Shown piece after piece: positions 1 through 9,227 of a DNA stretch of 64,000 bases. A model generated the notes under the pieces. It had not been told where the DNA came from, made no database searches, and saw nothing but the letters and a program-made list of their open reading frames with translations. Both the position numbers and the translations under genes were made by a program. This DNA comes from Alphaproteobacteria bacterium (GTDB lineage: Bacteria; Pseudomonadota; Alphaproteobacteria; UBA6615), in assembly GCA_965205535.1 (NCBI GenBank), contig CBDBHH010000005.1, positions 266,712 through 330,711 of the forward strand, in the 5' to 3' direction. The stretch's first letter is position 1; every line of letters starts with the position of its first letter.

Positions 1-539
1 TGTATCGCGACAAGACACTCATCCCGACCGAGGCGCTGCGCCTGTGCATGCTCGGCACGCTGGCGATCCAGCCGCATACCTATGGCGAGCTGGCCCGTGA
101 AGTGCGGGTGTTCGCCAGCCGCATCGTCGGCCCGTCACTCGATGTGATGGGGTTGTCGATTGAAGTCCTGCGCGCCGAAGGGCTGGTGCGACCCACAACA
201 GCACTGCCCGATCCGGCCGATGAAATTCTCGAACTCACCGACGCGGGCCGCGATGAACTGCGCACGCTGATGATCTCGAACCTGCGCAGCCCCGTGGACG
301 GCAACTCACAGCTCGTCTTTGCGCTGAAGCTGCGCTTCCTGCACCTGCTGTCGGACAGCGACGCGCAGGACCAGGTCGAACGGATGCGTGAAATCAGCGA
401 AACCGAGCATGCGCGTCTGGTGGACCTCAAACAGCGCTACGGCGCCGAACCGGGCCAGTTCGATGCCTGGCTCGACCTCGAGCTGACCCAGGTCGAGGAT
501 CGCCTGCGCTGGCTGGAGAGCGTCGGCCCGTCCGACTAA
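1..539 (+). CDS. PadR-family transcriptional regulator. The 5' end may lie before the window; the first in-window ATG is at 48.
   Basis: ORF 48..539 is in frame with open codons from nt 3 (YRDKTLIPTEALRLC before MLGTLAIQPHTYGEL). The N-terminal winged-helix-like segment and a C-terminal coiled-coil region are typical of PadR-type regulators. Confidence 0.5.
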   Translation, partial: YRDKTLIPTEALRLCMLGTLAIQPHTYGELAREVRVFASRIVGPSLDVMGLSIEVLRAEGLVRPTTALPDPADEILELTDAGRDELRTLMISNLRSPVDGNSQLVFALKLRFLHLLSDSDAQDQVERMREISETEHARLVDLKQRYGAEPGQFDAWLDLELTQVEDRLRWLESVGPSD

Positions 540-545
540 CAGCCC

Positions 546-1097
546 CTATTCGGCCGCTTCCGGCCAGGTACCGGCCGCCTTCATGCGATCGACCGATTCC
601 GGCGAAAACTCCGCGCCCGGCGTATCCCCGCCGATGACCCCGAGGATCATGCCCTCGTCCTGGCCGGCACGCGCCGTCTGGCACTCGAAGCGGCGTTGTA
701 TCCCCGGCGGAAACGACACGATGTCCTGCTCTTCAAGGATCACATGGTCGTCACCCTGATCTCCTTCCCACTCGAACATCCACGTCCCCTCCATCACGAC
801 GAAGGTCTCATTGGTGTCATGGGTATGCATCATCACGCCTTGCCCCGGGCGCGCGGAGACGTAGGCCATACCAAACCCGGCCTTCAGATGGCCGATATGA
901 GGCTTGGCGTCGTCGCCAATCGGTGAATAGGTCTCGCTGCCTTCGGGTTGCTGAAAGCCCAGCACATTCCGGAAATCACGGTGATAGCCCTCGACCGGTT
1001 GGTCGGGCAGACCCTTGTCGGTCGGCGACAATTCCTCAAAGCGCGCAACGCATTTCAGAACATCCTCTTTCTTGGGACGATAAACCTCGATCGACAT
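546..1097 (-). CDS. cupin-domain protein
   Basis: 183 aa ORF with a His-rich cupin-like core (GVMMHTHDTNETFVVMEG...). Confidence 0.55.
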   Translation of the reverse strand: MSIEVYRPKKEDVLKCVARFEELSPTDKGLPDQPVEGYHRDFRNVLGFQQPEGSETYSPIGDDAKPHIGHLKAGFGMAYVSARPGQGVMMHTHDTNETFVVMEGTWMFEWEGDQGDDHVILEEQDIVSFPPGIQRRFECQTARAGQDEGMILGVIGGDTPGAEFSPESVDRMKAAGTWPEAAE

Positions 1098-1125
1098 GGT
1101 CTGAATCTCCTTCGCTTGTTCTCAC

Positions 1126-1914
1126 TCAATATAGATGTTGGCCGCCGGTGATAAAAACCTCCGTGCCGGTCACATAGGAAAAGTCCGGATTGCAGAGCTG
1201 AAATACCGCGGACGCAACCTCGCCGGCCGTCCCCATCCGGTGCATGGGAATACGGTTGACCAGCGGCTCATACTCATCGCCAACCATCTCGGTCTCGATC
1301 TCGCCGGGTGCGACGGCATTCACCCGCACCCCCAGCGCGGCAAACTCGACGGCCATTTCACGGGTCAGCGCCGACAGCGCCGCCTTCGATGTCGAGTAGG
1401 CCGAGCCGGCGAACGGGTGAATCGTATGTCCTGCGATCGAGGTAATGTTGACGATCGACGCACCGCCCTCCGATGCCGTCGCCTCAGCGGCGGCGACTTC
1501 GTCACCTTTGCCCGCCTTGGCCAGCGCCGGCGCGAACCCGCGCGCAAGGACCAGCGGCGTGAAAAAATTCAGCTGAAACACTTCACGCCAATCATCAAGA
1601 GGGCCGTTCAGGCAACCGAGCCGTTCCTGAAAATCCGTCTTCGGCGAGACGGCGGCATTGTTCACCAGCGCGTTGAGCGGCGTGTCACCCAGCAGCTCGA
1701 GCGCCTCTCCGATGAACCGTTCGACATCGGCCGGGTCGCTCAGGTCGGTCGGGATATGCGACGTCCAGTTGGGGTCGCGCTCACAATGGGCGGGAACCGG
1801 ATCGCGCGAACAGGTAATGATCTGCCACCCCTCATCGGAGAAGCGCTTCACGGTGGCGTGGCCGATGCCACGACTGGCACCGGTCAGGATCAGGCTGCGT
1901 CGGCTGTCGGTCAT
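1126..1914 (-). CDS. SDR-family short-chain dehydrogenase/reductase
   Basis: TGASRGIG cofactor motif and YSTSK catalytic YxxxK motif; 262 aa. Confidence 0.8.
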   Translation of the reverse strand: MTDSRRSLILTGASRGIGHATVKRFSDEGWQIITCSRDPVPAHCERDPNWTSHIPTDLSDPADVERFIGEALELLGDTPLNALVNNAAVSPKTDFQERLGCLNGPLDDWREVFQLNFFTPLVLARGFAPALAKAGKGDEVAAAEATASEGGASIVNITSIAGHTIHPFAGSAYSTSKAALSALTREMAVEFAALGVRVNAVAPGEIETEMVGDEYEPLVNRIPMHRMGTAGEVASAVFQLCNPDFSYVTGTEVFITGGQHLY

Positions 1915-2501
1915 GGCTGCAACCGTAACGCGTGCCAGCCATCGCCGTCCCGTTCAAATAGCTGGCGGTCATGCAGGCGGTCGGGTCGATCCGTCCAGAA
2001 TTCGATCCGCGACGGCATGAGCCGGAAGCCCGACCAGTGGGGCGGGCGCGGCACATCGCGGCCGTCATACTCTTCTTCGAGGTCACGCACCCGGTCTTCG
2101 AGAATCGCGCGGCTTTCGACCGGCGCCGACTGTTCCGATGCCCAGGCACCGATCTGGCTGCCACGCGCCCGGCTGGCGAAATAGAGATCCGCTTCTTCGT
2201 CACTCACCGCCAGCGTTGGTCCGTCGATGCGCACCTGGCGGCGCAATGACTTCCAGTGGAAACAGAGCGACGCGTTGGGATTACCGAGCAGCTCAACGCC
2301 CTTGGCGCTGTTGAAGTTCGTGTAGAAAACAAAACCATCCGGGCCATGGTCTTTCAGCAAGACCATCCGCGTGGACGGTCGCCCGTCGGCAGATACGCTG
2401 GCCAGGGTCATCGCCTCGGGAAGGGCCGGTTCGGCCGCAACAGCCTCCTGGAACCAGGCGGCAAACTGGGCGAAAGGATCAGTCGTGGACATAACGAACA
2501 C
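1911..2501 (-). CDS. pdxH: pyridoxamine 5'-phosphate oxidase
   Basis: 196 aa with a conserved PNPOx fold sequence (RMVLLKDHGPDGFVFYTNFNSAKG...RIEFW); overlaps the SDR gene by 4 nt. Confidence 0.8.
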   Translation of the reverse strand: MFVMSTTDPFAQFAAWFQEAVAAEPALPEAMTLASVSADGRPSTRMVLLKDHGPDGFVFYTNFNSAKGVELLGNPNASLCFHWKSLRRQVRIDGPTLAVSDEEADLYFASRARGSQIGAWASEQSAPVESRAILEDRVRDLEEEYDGRDVPRPPHWSGFRLMPSRIEFWTDRPDRLHDRQLFERDGDGWHALRLQP

Positions 2502-2549
2502 AGGCCTCTGTGCGGATTGCGGTTTCGGGTCGCATCATATCGATGCCGC

Positions 2550-3335
2550 TCACTTTTCGAAAACCGCCTGAACGGCCGCGAGCCGCCCCGCTTCGAAATT
2601 TTCACGCAAGTTGGCGATCATCTGCGGAAAGTCCGAACCCATAACATCGCGCAAAGTTGGCCCGTCAACGCCCTTCGGCGGCCGCGCCGCCGCAAGCCAG
2701 TCGAGCGCCGCAGCGCTCTCATCGTGGAAATGCCGCGCTGTCCAGCCCACATCATTCACGATGCGTCGCAGCGTACCAGCCTCGACGAGGTGGCTGCGGG
2801 ATGGCTCACGGGCCCAAGGCACCGGATACACGAGCGTCTCGACCTCCCGGCCCGCCACGACATCATATAAGGCCAGCACCCCGCCGGGACGGGTCACCCG
2901 CAACAGCTCGCGATAGAGCGTGTCCCGATCGCCGATATTCATGGCCACATGCTCCGTCCAGATCGCATCGAAACTGTTGTCGGCGAATGGCAGCGCGAGT
3001 GCGTCCGCCGCGCAAAATCGCGTGGTCTCGCTGTGTCCGGCATGGATAGAAAGCTGCTGCGCGATCCGGCAGAAACCGGGCGTTAGATCGATCCCCGTGA
3101 CGTCGGCACCGAACTCTCCCGCCAGCAGACGCGCCGGCCCGCCCAATCCGGAACCCAGATCGAGAACGGTCAGCCCCTCGCGGATACCCGCGCGCCCCGC
3201 CAGCCTTCTGGACGCCGCAGCACCGCCGACATGAAACTGATCAAGCGCCGCGAGCCGGTCGATATTCTCCGGATCGAGGCCTGAAAGCACACGGTCGGCG
3301 ACATCCGCGCCGCCGTAATGATCGTCGCCGGTCAA
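2550..3335 (-). CDS. class I SAM-dependent methyltransferase
   Basis: Motif I VLDLGSGLGGPA; 261 aa. Confidence 0.7.
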   Translation of the reverse strand: MTGDDHYGGADVADRVLSGLDPENIDRLAALDQFHVGGAAASRRLAGRAGIREGLTVLDLGSGLGGPARLLAGEFGADVTGIDLTPGFCRIAQQLSIHAGHSETTRFCAADALALPFADNSFDAIWTEHVAMNIGDRDTLYRELLRVTRPGGVLALYDVVAGREVETLVYPVPWAREPSRSHLVEAGTLRRIVNDVGWTARHFHDESAAALDWLAAARPPKGVDGPTLRDVMGSDFPQMIANLRENFEAGRLAAVQAVFEK

Positions 3336-4624
3336 CTGCGGTCGCTGACGACCCGCGGGCCGCCGTCCCCCGCCATGGCGTCGTTGATCAGATCCTTGAT
3401 CAGGGTGCCCATCGTCGCATCCCGCGCGGTGTTGTAGGCCGCGACAAGGTCGGCCAGCGGCGCGGTCCAGCGCGGATCCTCATCGTCATCGAGATAGGGC
3501 GCGCCTGGCCCGTAACCGAGCGCGATATACAAATCCGCCACCGTGACACCTTCGAGATCACGGACCAGCACCGGCTGGTCTTCATCCGTACGCGCCAGAT
3601 ATCCGGAATCCTGCAGTCGTGCCAAAACCAGTCCGAGACCGGCACCGTCGCCGCCGGTCGCATCGAGCAGCCGGTCTTCATCGACCGCCAGATTGTCACG
3701 CGAGGCGGCCAGCAGGCAGCCAATCGTCTGCAGCGCGCGCAGCAGCGCGCGCGCGGGGGTCAGCGGCCCGAAATCCTCGGCCCGGCGCGTCGCCAGCCAT
3801 TCGGGCCGGGTCGCCGCGACAATGGCACCGAACAGCACCACCGCCCAGACCAGATACATCCAGATCAGGAAGACGGGCAGCGCGGCAAGGGAGCCATAGA
3901 CACTCTCGAAGGTGCCGGCATTCTGCAGGTACAAGCCGAACACCGCCTTCAGCACTTCGAACATGATTCCGGCGACCAGCGCACCCAACAAGGCGTAGCG
4001 GACACCGACCCGACGGTTGGGAAGGGCCAGATACAGGATCGCGAAACCGCCGACCGCAAACAGAAAGGGCAGCATGCGCAGGAAGAAATTCCGGATCACG
4101 CCGAAATCGAGCCCCAGCGGCATGAAGTTGTTCATCGCGAAGGCCGTGCTGACGGACAGGCCCGCACCGAGCAGCAACGGACCGAGTGTCAGGGTCGTCC
4201 AGTAGGCGATCAGCCGCATCGCCAAGGGCCGGGATTTCTCGATCCGCCAGATGGCATTGAACGCGGTCTCGATCGTCGACAACAGCATGACCGCCGTCAC
4301 CGCCAGCCAGACGACCCCCAGCGTCGTCAGCTCGCTCGTGTTTGACACGAAGCGATCGACATAGGTTTCCAGCTCGCCGCCAATATGCGGCGCGGTGTAA
4401 CTGAGCACGATCGAGAGCAGCTGCTGGGTCATGCCGTCGAAGACGGGAAACGCCATCATCACCGAAAACGCAATCGCGAAGAGCGGCACAATCGCCAGCA
4501 GCGAGGTGTAGCTCAGGGACGCCGCGGCCACGAGGACGCGGTCCTGCGAAAAGCGCCTGACCACCGTCCGGGCGAACTGAAGCTCGTCCGCCAGCCCGTT
4601 GAGTCGTTTTCCGTCCATATTCAC
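3332..4624 (-). CDS. YihY/BrkB-family inner-membrane protein with a C-terminal extension
   Basis: 430 aa with multiple hydrophobic helices and a YihY-like N-terminal region (LSYTSLLAIVPLFAIAFSV...). Confidence 0.65.
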   Translation of the reverse strand: MNMDGKRLNGLADELQFARTVVRRFSQDRVLVAAASLSYTSLLAIVPLFAIAFSVMMAFPVFDGMTQQLLSIVLSYTAPHIGGELETYVDRFVSNTSELTTLGVVWLAVTAVMLLSTIETAFNAIWRIEKSRPLAMRLIAYWTTLTLGPLLLGAGLSVSTAFAMNNFMPLGLDFGVIRNFFLRMLPFLFAVGGFAILYLALPNRRVGVRYALLGALVAGIMFEVLKAVFGLYLQNAGTFESVYGSLAALPVFLIWMYLVWAVVLFGAIVAATRPEWLATRRAEDFGPLTPARALLRALQTIGCLLAASRDNLAVDEDRLLDATGGDGAGLGLVLARLQDSGYLARTDEDQPVLVRDLEGVTVADLYIALGYGPGAPYLDDDEDPRWTAPLADLVAAYNTARDATMGTLIKDLINDAMAGDGGPRVVSDRS

Positions 4625-4763
4625 CTTCGCTCGATCCTGTTAAGCCTATCAGAACAAAAGAAAAACGCCATCCACTCCGACGCGCCGCCATGGCCTTGCC
4701 GCACCACCCCTTTGGTGTAGGATGCCGCACACACGGGGCACGGGTTCGATTAACGGGGATTTC

Positions 4764-5606
4764 ATGAGTGCTGCAACGCAACTAATGGCCGGCAAACGCG
4801 GCCTCATCATGGGGGTCGCGAACGACCGGTCCATCGCCTGGGGTATCGCCAAGATGGCGGCCGACCACGGCGCGGAACTGGCGTTCACCTTTCAGGGCGA
4901 AGCGCTGGAGAAGCGCGTGCGCCCGCTTGCCGAGTCCGTCGGCGGATCGATCGTGCTGCCGTGCGACGTCACCGACGAGGCGAGCATGGATGCGGTCTTC
5001 GCCGAGATCGAGGCGACATGGGGCAAGCTGGACTTTGTCGTCCACGCAATCGCCTATTCCGACAAGGAAGAACTCAAGGGCAAATATGTCGAGACCAGCC
5101 GCGCGAATTTCCAGCGCTCGCTCGACATCTCCTGCTTCTCCTTCACCGACGTGTGCAAGCGCGCCGCCGCGATCATGCCCGATGGCGGCAGCCTGCTGAC
5201 GCTGACCTATTACGGTGCGGAACGGGTGATGCCTCATTACAACGTCATGGGTGTCGCCAAGGCGGCGCTTGAGGCGAGCGTGCGCTACCTGGCAGTCGAC
5301 CTTGGGGGCCAAGGCATTCGGGTCAACGCGATTTCGGCCGGCCCGATCAAGACCCTGGCCGCGAGCGGTATCGGTGACTTCCGCTACATCCTGAAATGGA
5401 ACGAGCTGAACGCGCCGCTCAAGCAGAACGTCACCATCGACCAGGTGGGTGGTGCGGGATTGTATCTGCTGAGCGATCTCGGTTCCGGCGTGACCGGCGA
5501 GACCCATCATGTCGACAGCGGGTATAACGTGGTCGGCATGGTCGCGGTGGATGAAGCCGCCGGGGTCGCCGAACTTCTGTCGAGCCTCAAACCCGACGAC
5601 GCATAG
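4764..5606 (+). CDS. fabI: enoyl-[acyl-carrier-protein] reductase (NADH)
   Basis: Strong FabI signature ([21 protein letters not shown] ... [19 protein letters not shown]). The start was chosen at the ATG of [13 protein letters not shown], which sits after a GGGGA ribosome-binding site. Confidence 0.85.
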   Translation: MSAATQLMAGKRGLIMGVANDRSIAWGIAKMAADHGAELAFTFQGEALEKRVRPLAESVGGSIVLPCDVTDEASMDAVFAEIEATWGKLDFVVHAIAYSDKEELKGKYVETSRANFQRSLDISCFSFTDVCKRAAAIMPDGGSLLTLTYYGAERVMPHYNVMGVAKAALEASVRYLAVDLGGQGIRVNAISAGPIKTLAASGIGDFRYILKWNELNAPLKQNVTIDQVGGAGLYLLSDLGSGVTGETHHVDSGYNVVGMVAVDEAAGVAELLSSLKPDDA

Positions 5607-5638
5607 ACCAACTTCCAGAAGACGAAGGAGTCAACGCC

Positions 5639-6751
5639 ATGGCCGGCAACAGCTTCGGCCAGATTTTCCGGTTCACCACCTGGGGCGAGAGCCACGGGCC
5701 CGCCATCGGCGTCGTCGTCGACGGCGTGCCGCCACGTGTGCCGTTTGACGAGACCGACATCCAGGGCTGGCTTGACCGCCGCCGCCCCGGCCAATCGCGC
5801 TTCACGACCCAGCGCAAGGAACCGGATGCGGTGAAAATCCTGTCCGGCGTGTTCGAGGGCCAGACGACCGGCGCGCCGGTCTCGATGATGATCGAGAATG
5901 TGGATGCGCGCTCGAAGGACTATTCAGAGATCGCCAGCAAGTACCGGCCGGGCCATGCCGACTACACCTATGACGCCAAATACGGCATCCGCGACTATCG
6001 CGGCGGCGGACGATCGTCGGCGCGCGAGACCGCGAGCCGTGTGGCCGCAGGCGCGTTGGCCCGAAAAGTCATCGAACATCTCGTGCCCGGCGGCATTACG
6101 CTGCGCGGCGCGCTGGTGCAGGTCGGCACCATGGCCATCGACCGGGCCAACTGGGACTGGGGCGTGATCGGCGACAACCCGTTCTGGTGCCCCGACCCCG
6201 CGATGGCGGGCCAGTGGGAAGCCTATCTGGACGATATCCGCAAGGCGGGCTCCTCCGTCGGCGCGGTGATCGAGGTCGTCGCCGAAGGCATCCCTGTGGG
6301 TCTGGGCGAGCCGATCTACGGCAAGATCGATTCCGACCTGGCCGCGGCCATGCTGACAATCAACGCCGTGAAGGGCGTCGAGATCGGTGCCGGTATAGGG
6401 GCTGCCGCACTCACCGGCGAGGAAAACGCCGACGAGATGCGCATGGACGGCGACAAGGTCACGTTCGGCTCCAACCATGCCGGCGGCGTGCTCGGCGGCA
6501 TCACCACCGGGCAGGACCTGGTGGTGCGCGTCGCCGTGAAGCCCACCAGCTCGATCCTCACCCCGCGCGACACGGTCAGCCGCGACGGCGACGACACGGA
6601 CATTTCGACGAAGGGCCGTCACGACCCGTGCGTGGGTATCCGTGCGGTACCCGTGGGCGAGGCCATGATGGCCTGCGTCATCGCCGACCATCTGCTGCGC
6701 CACCGCGCCCAGATCGGCGCCTTCGGGTCCCACGCCCCCCACGCGCAGTAG
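5639..6751 (+). CDS. aroC: chorismate synthase
   Basis: 370 aa, [29 protein letters not shown]... is the canonical AroC N-terminus; the gene directly follows fabI. Confidence 0.9.
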   Translation: MAGNSFGQIFRFTTWGESHGPAIGVVVDGVPPRVPFDETDIQGWLDRRRPGQSRFTTQRKEPDAVKILSGVFEGQTTGAPVSMMIENVDARSKDYSEIASKYRPGHADYTYDAKYGIRDYRGGGRSSARETASRVAAGALARKVIEHLVPGGITLRGALVQVGTMAIDRANWDWGVIGDNPFWCPDPAMAGQWEAYLDDIRKAGSSVGAVIEVVAEGIPVGLGEPIYGKIDSDLAAAMLTINAVKGVEIGAGIGAAALTGEENADEMRMDGDKVTFGSNHAGGVLGGITTGQDLVVRVAVKPTSSILTPRDTVSRDGDDTDISTKGRHDPCVGIRAVPVGEAMMACVIADHLLRHRAQIGAFGSHAPHAQ

Positions 6752-6772
6752 GGCCCGGCCTGCTCGATCGTC

Positions 6773-6854
6773 GTTCCCGCGAAGGCGGGAACCCATAAAC
6801 GCAGGCGGTCACCATGGAGAACCCGGTGGTTATGGATGCCCGCCTGCGCGGGCA
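6773..6854. repeat. pair of short GC-rich palindromic elements (gttcccgc-gaag-gcgggaac at 6773-6792 and tgcccgc-ctgc-gcgggca at 6837-6854) downstream of aroC
   Basis: Perfect inverted repeats were read directly from the sequence; they resemble small intergenic palindromic (REP-like) elements or an intrinsic terminator. The spurious ORFs encoding RLRGNDD/RLRGHDD peptides arise from them. Confidence 0.5.
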
Positions 6855-6916
6855 TGACGATGCGTTGCGTGGCGCCTATAATCGCCAAAACAAGAGACAC
6901 CCTCCGGAGACACCCC

Positions 6917-7543
6917 ATGGCCAAGAAGAAGCGCGAAACCCCCGACCAGCTGCAGCATGTCTCGAAGCTGCCGATCCCCGACCCCGACGGCCTGCCGGAG
7001 GATCTGCAGAAATACATGCGCATCTGCCAGGAAAAGCTCGGCCTGATCCCCAACGTGATCCGCGCCTTCTCCCTCCGGCCCGAGAAGCTTCGTACCTTCA
7101 TCGCCAAGTACAACGAGCTGATGCTCGGCGAGGATGCCCGCCTGTCGCGGCTGGAACGCGAGATGATCGCGGTGGTCGTCTCGTCCCACAATCACTGTGT
7201 CTACTGCATCACGTCCCACAGCCAGGCCGTGCGCGAGCTGTCCGACGACCCGGTGCTGGGCGATATCCTGATGGTGAACTATCGCGAGGCCAACCTGAAC
7301 GCACGCCAACGCGCGATGCTCGACTATGCCTGGAAGCTGACATCCAACCCGGCCGAGACCGGCGACGGCGACCGCCAGCTGCTGGTCGATGCGGGTTTTA
7401 CCCCCGAAGACATCTTCGAGATCACCGACACGACGGCCTACTTCAACTACACGAACCGCATGACCCACGGGCTGGGGATGCTGCCGAACGAGGAATATTT
7501 CGGCATGAACCGCCTGCCCGACCCGGGCCTGCACGACAAGTAG
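6917..7543 (+). CDS. carboxymuconolactone decarboxylase-family / AhpD-like peroxidase-related enzyme
   Basis: CxxC-x3-H motif (HCVYCITSH) typical of the AhpD/CMD fold; the ATG at 6917 is preceded by GGAG. Confidence 0.7.
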   Translation: MAKKKRETPDQLQHVSKLPIPDPDGLPEDLQKYMRICQEKLGLIPNVIRAFSLRPEKLRTFIAKYNELMLGEDARLSRLEREMIAVVVSSHNHCVYCITSHSQAVRELSDDPVLGDILMVNYREANLNARQRAMLDYAWKLTSNPAETGDGDRQLLVDAGFTPEDIFEITDTTAYFNYTNRMTHGLGMLPNEEYFGMNRLPDPGLHDK

Positions 7544-7602
7544 GAAAAGGGGTCTTTCGCCTCGCGTGAAGTTGTTCCGCCGCTGCGGAGACCCCATGTA
7601 GG

Positions 7603-8280
7603 ATGCTGGAGCCGATAACCCAGCGGAGATGTCGGGTGCGAATTTTGTCGAGATTTCTGGGCGTCCTGGCGCTTGTGTCCGGACTTTTCCTGTCCGGCGG
7701 ACATGTCGTCGCGCATCCCCATGTCTGGATCGAGCTCGAAACCCGCCCGGTGATGGATTCCGACGGCCGGGTCGAGGGCCTTGAGGTGTATTGGCAGTTC
7801 GACCCTTTCTATACCGTCTTCGCCGTCGACGACATGCGCACCGACGATGGCGGCATCGACGAGGAGAAGCTCCTCGCGCTCGGGCGTTCGAACCTCGAAA
7901 ATCTGCGGCCGTTCGACTATTTCACCGACCTTCGCTTCAATGGCGGCAAACTCGAGATCGCCACCGTCGACCGGTTCGAGACCGGGTTCGAGGCGGGCAA
8001 GCTGTGGATGCGCTTCATCATCCCGCTGGCCACGCCGATCGATCCGCGGGCCGGAAGCTTCTCTTATGCGGTCTTCGACCCGACCTATTACATCGACATT
8101 TCCTATGCCGAGCCGGACCATGCCCGCCTCGACAACGCGAACGGCTGCCGCGCCGACGTCGAAGAGGCCGCGCCGACATTCGAGGCCATCAGCCTGGCCC
8201 AGGCGCTCGACCAGAACACAACCGGCCCGGACACCCTGGGTGAGATGTTCGCCCAGCGCGTTCGCCTGGAATGCAGCTAG
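7603..8280 (+). CDS. DUF1007-family periplasmic protein (partner of the nickel/cobalt transporter)
   Basis: 225 aa with an N-terminal signal/anchor and HPHVWIE motif; it overlaps the downstream transporter gene by 10 nt, the usual DUF1007-NicO pairing. Confidence 0.6.
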   Translation: MLEPITQRRCRVRILSRFLGVLALVSGLFLSGGHVVAHPHVWIELETRPVMDSDGRVEGLEVYWQFDPFYTVFAVDDMRTDDGGIDEEKLLALGRSNLENLRPFDYFTDLRFNGGKLEIATVDRFETGFEAGKLWMRFIIPLATPIDPRAGSFSYAVFDPTYYIDISYAEPDHARLDNANGCRADVEEAAPTFEAISLAQALDQNTTGPDTLGEMFAQRVRLECS

Positions 8281-9227
8281 CCCCCACCCGCGCCGGTTTG
8301 CGTGCCTTCGCGGTGCCGATCCTGCTCGGCATCGTGATCGTCGCCCTCTGGCTGCTCGCCGTCTTCCTGTTCAATGACACCTGGCGCCTGATCCTCGTCG
8401 ATATCCAGGGCATGCAGCGCGAGTTGCAGGGCCGCCTGGCCGAGGCGACCCGGCTCGTCTCCCAGCACGGCGCCGGGGCCGCCTGGGGCCTGATCGTGCT
8501 GAGCTTCGCCTATGGCGCAGTACACGCGGCGGGGCCGGGCCACGGCAAGCTGGTGATCTCCACCTATCTGATGACCCATGAGGGCGAGGTCCGACGCTCG
8601 CTCATCCTCTCGGTTCTCGCGGCAATTATGCAGGGCGTCACGGCCATCGTGATCATAGAGGTCATCCTCGCCGTGATCGGCGCCGGGGTGCGTGAGGCGA
8701 CCGGCATCGCGGGCCGCCTCGAGATGACGAGCTACGCGCTGGTGATCCTGCTCGGGTTGATCCTCGCCGCCGTGACGGCACGGCGCCTCATACGCCGAGC
8801 CCGTGATCCGCACGGCGCCGACGCCTGTGCTTCCTGCGGCCACAGCCATGCACCCGATGCGGAACATATCCGCAGCCGGAGCTCCCTGGGGGCCCTCGCG
8901 GCGATGGTATTCTCGATTGGCCTGCGACCGTGCACCGGCGCGATCCTGGTGCTCATCCTGGCCAATGTGCTGGGCCTGCGGTTCACCGCCTGGGCGGCCG
9001 TGTTCGCCATGTCGGTCGGGACGGCCCTCACGGTCTCGGCAATCGCCATCGCCTCGGTCTATGCCCGCAGGGCGACCATGCGCGCGGCGGAACGCTGGCC
9101 CGAGCGGACCGGCAACCTGCCAATGATGCTCGACGCCATCGCCTTCTGCGGTGGAATCCTGATCGTGGCGCTGGGCGTGTCTCTGCTGCAAAGCGCCGCG
9201 GCCGTCGCAAATCATCCGCTTCTCTAG
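8271..9227 (+). CDS. nickel/cobalt transporter, NicO/RcnA-like
   Basis: Multi-pass membrane protein with an HAAGPGHGK metal-binding motif and a His-rich loop (CASCGHSHAPDAEH). Confidence 0.7.
   Translation: MQLAPTRAGLRAFAVPILLGIVIVALWLLAVFLFNDTWRLILVDIQGMQRELQGRLAEATRLVSQHGAGAAWGLIVLSFAYGAVHAAGPGHGKLVISTYLMTHEGEVRRSLILSVLAAIMQGVTAIVIIEVILAVIGAGVREATGIAGRLEMTSYALVILLGLILAAVTARRLIRRARDPHGADACASCGHSHAPDAEHIRSRSSLGALAAMVFSIGLRPCTGAILVLILANVLGLRFTAWAAVFAMSVGTALTVSAIAIASVYARRATMRAAERWPERTGNLPMMLDAIAFCGGILIVALGVSLLQSAAAVANHPLL

Noticed and set aside
1135-2184. 349-aa plus-strand ORF overlapping the SDR and pdxH genes
   Set aside because: Arg/Gly-rich low-complexity translation antisense to two well-supported genes; typical high-GC shadow ORF.
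5924-7597. Long ORFs 5924..6796(-), 6814..7569(+) and 6830..7597(-) around aroC and the AhpD-like gene
   Set aside because: They start or end in the GC-rich palindromes (encoding RLRGNDD/RLRGHDD) and overlap well-supported genes on the opposite strand or in other frames; artefacts of the palindromic elements.
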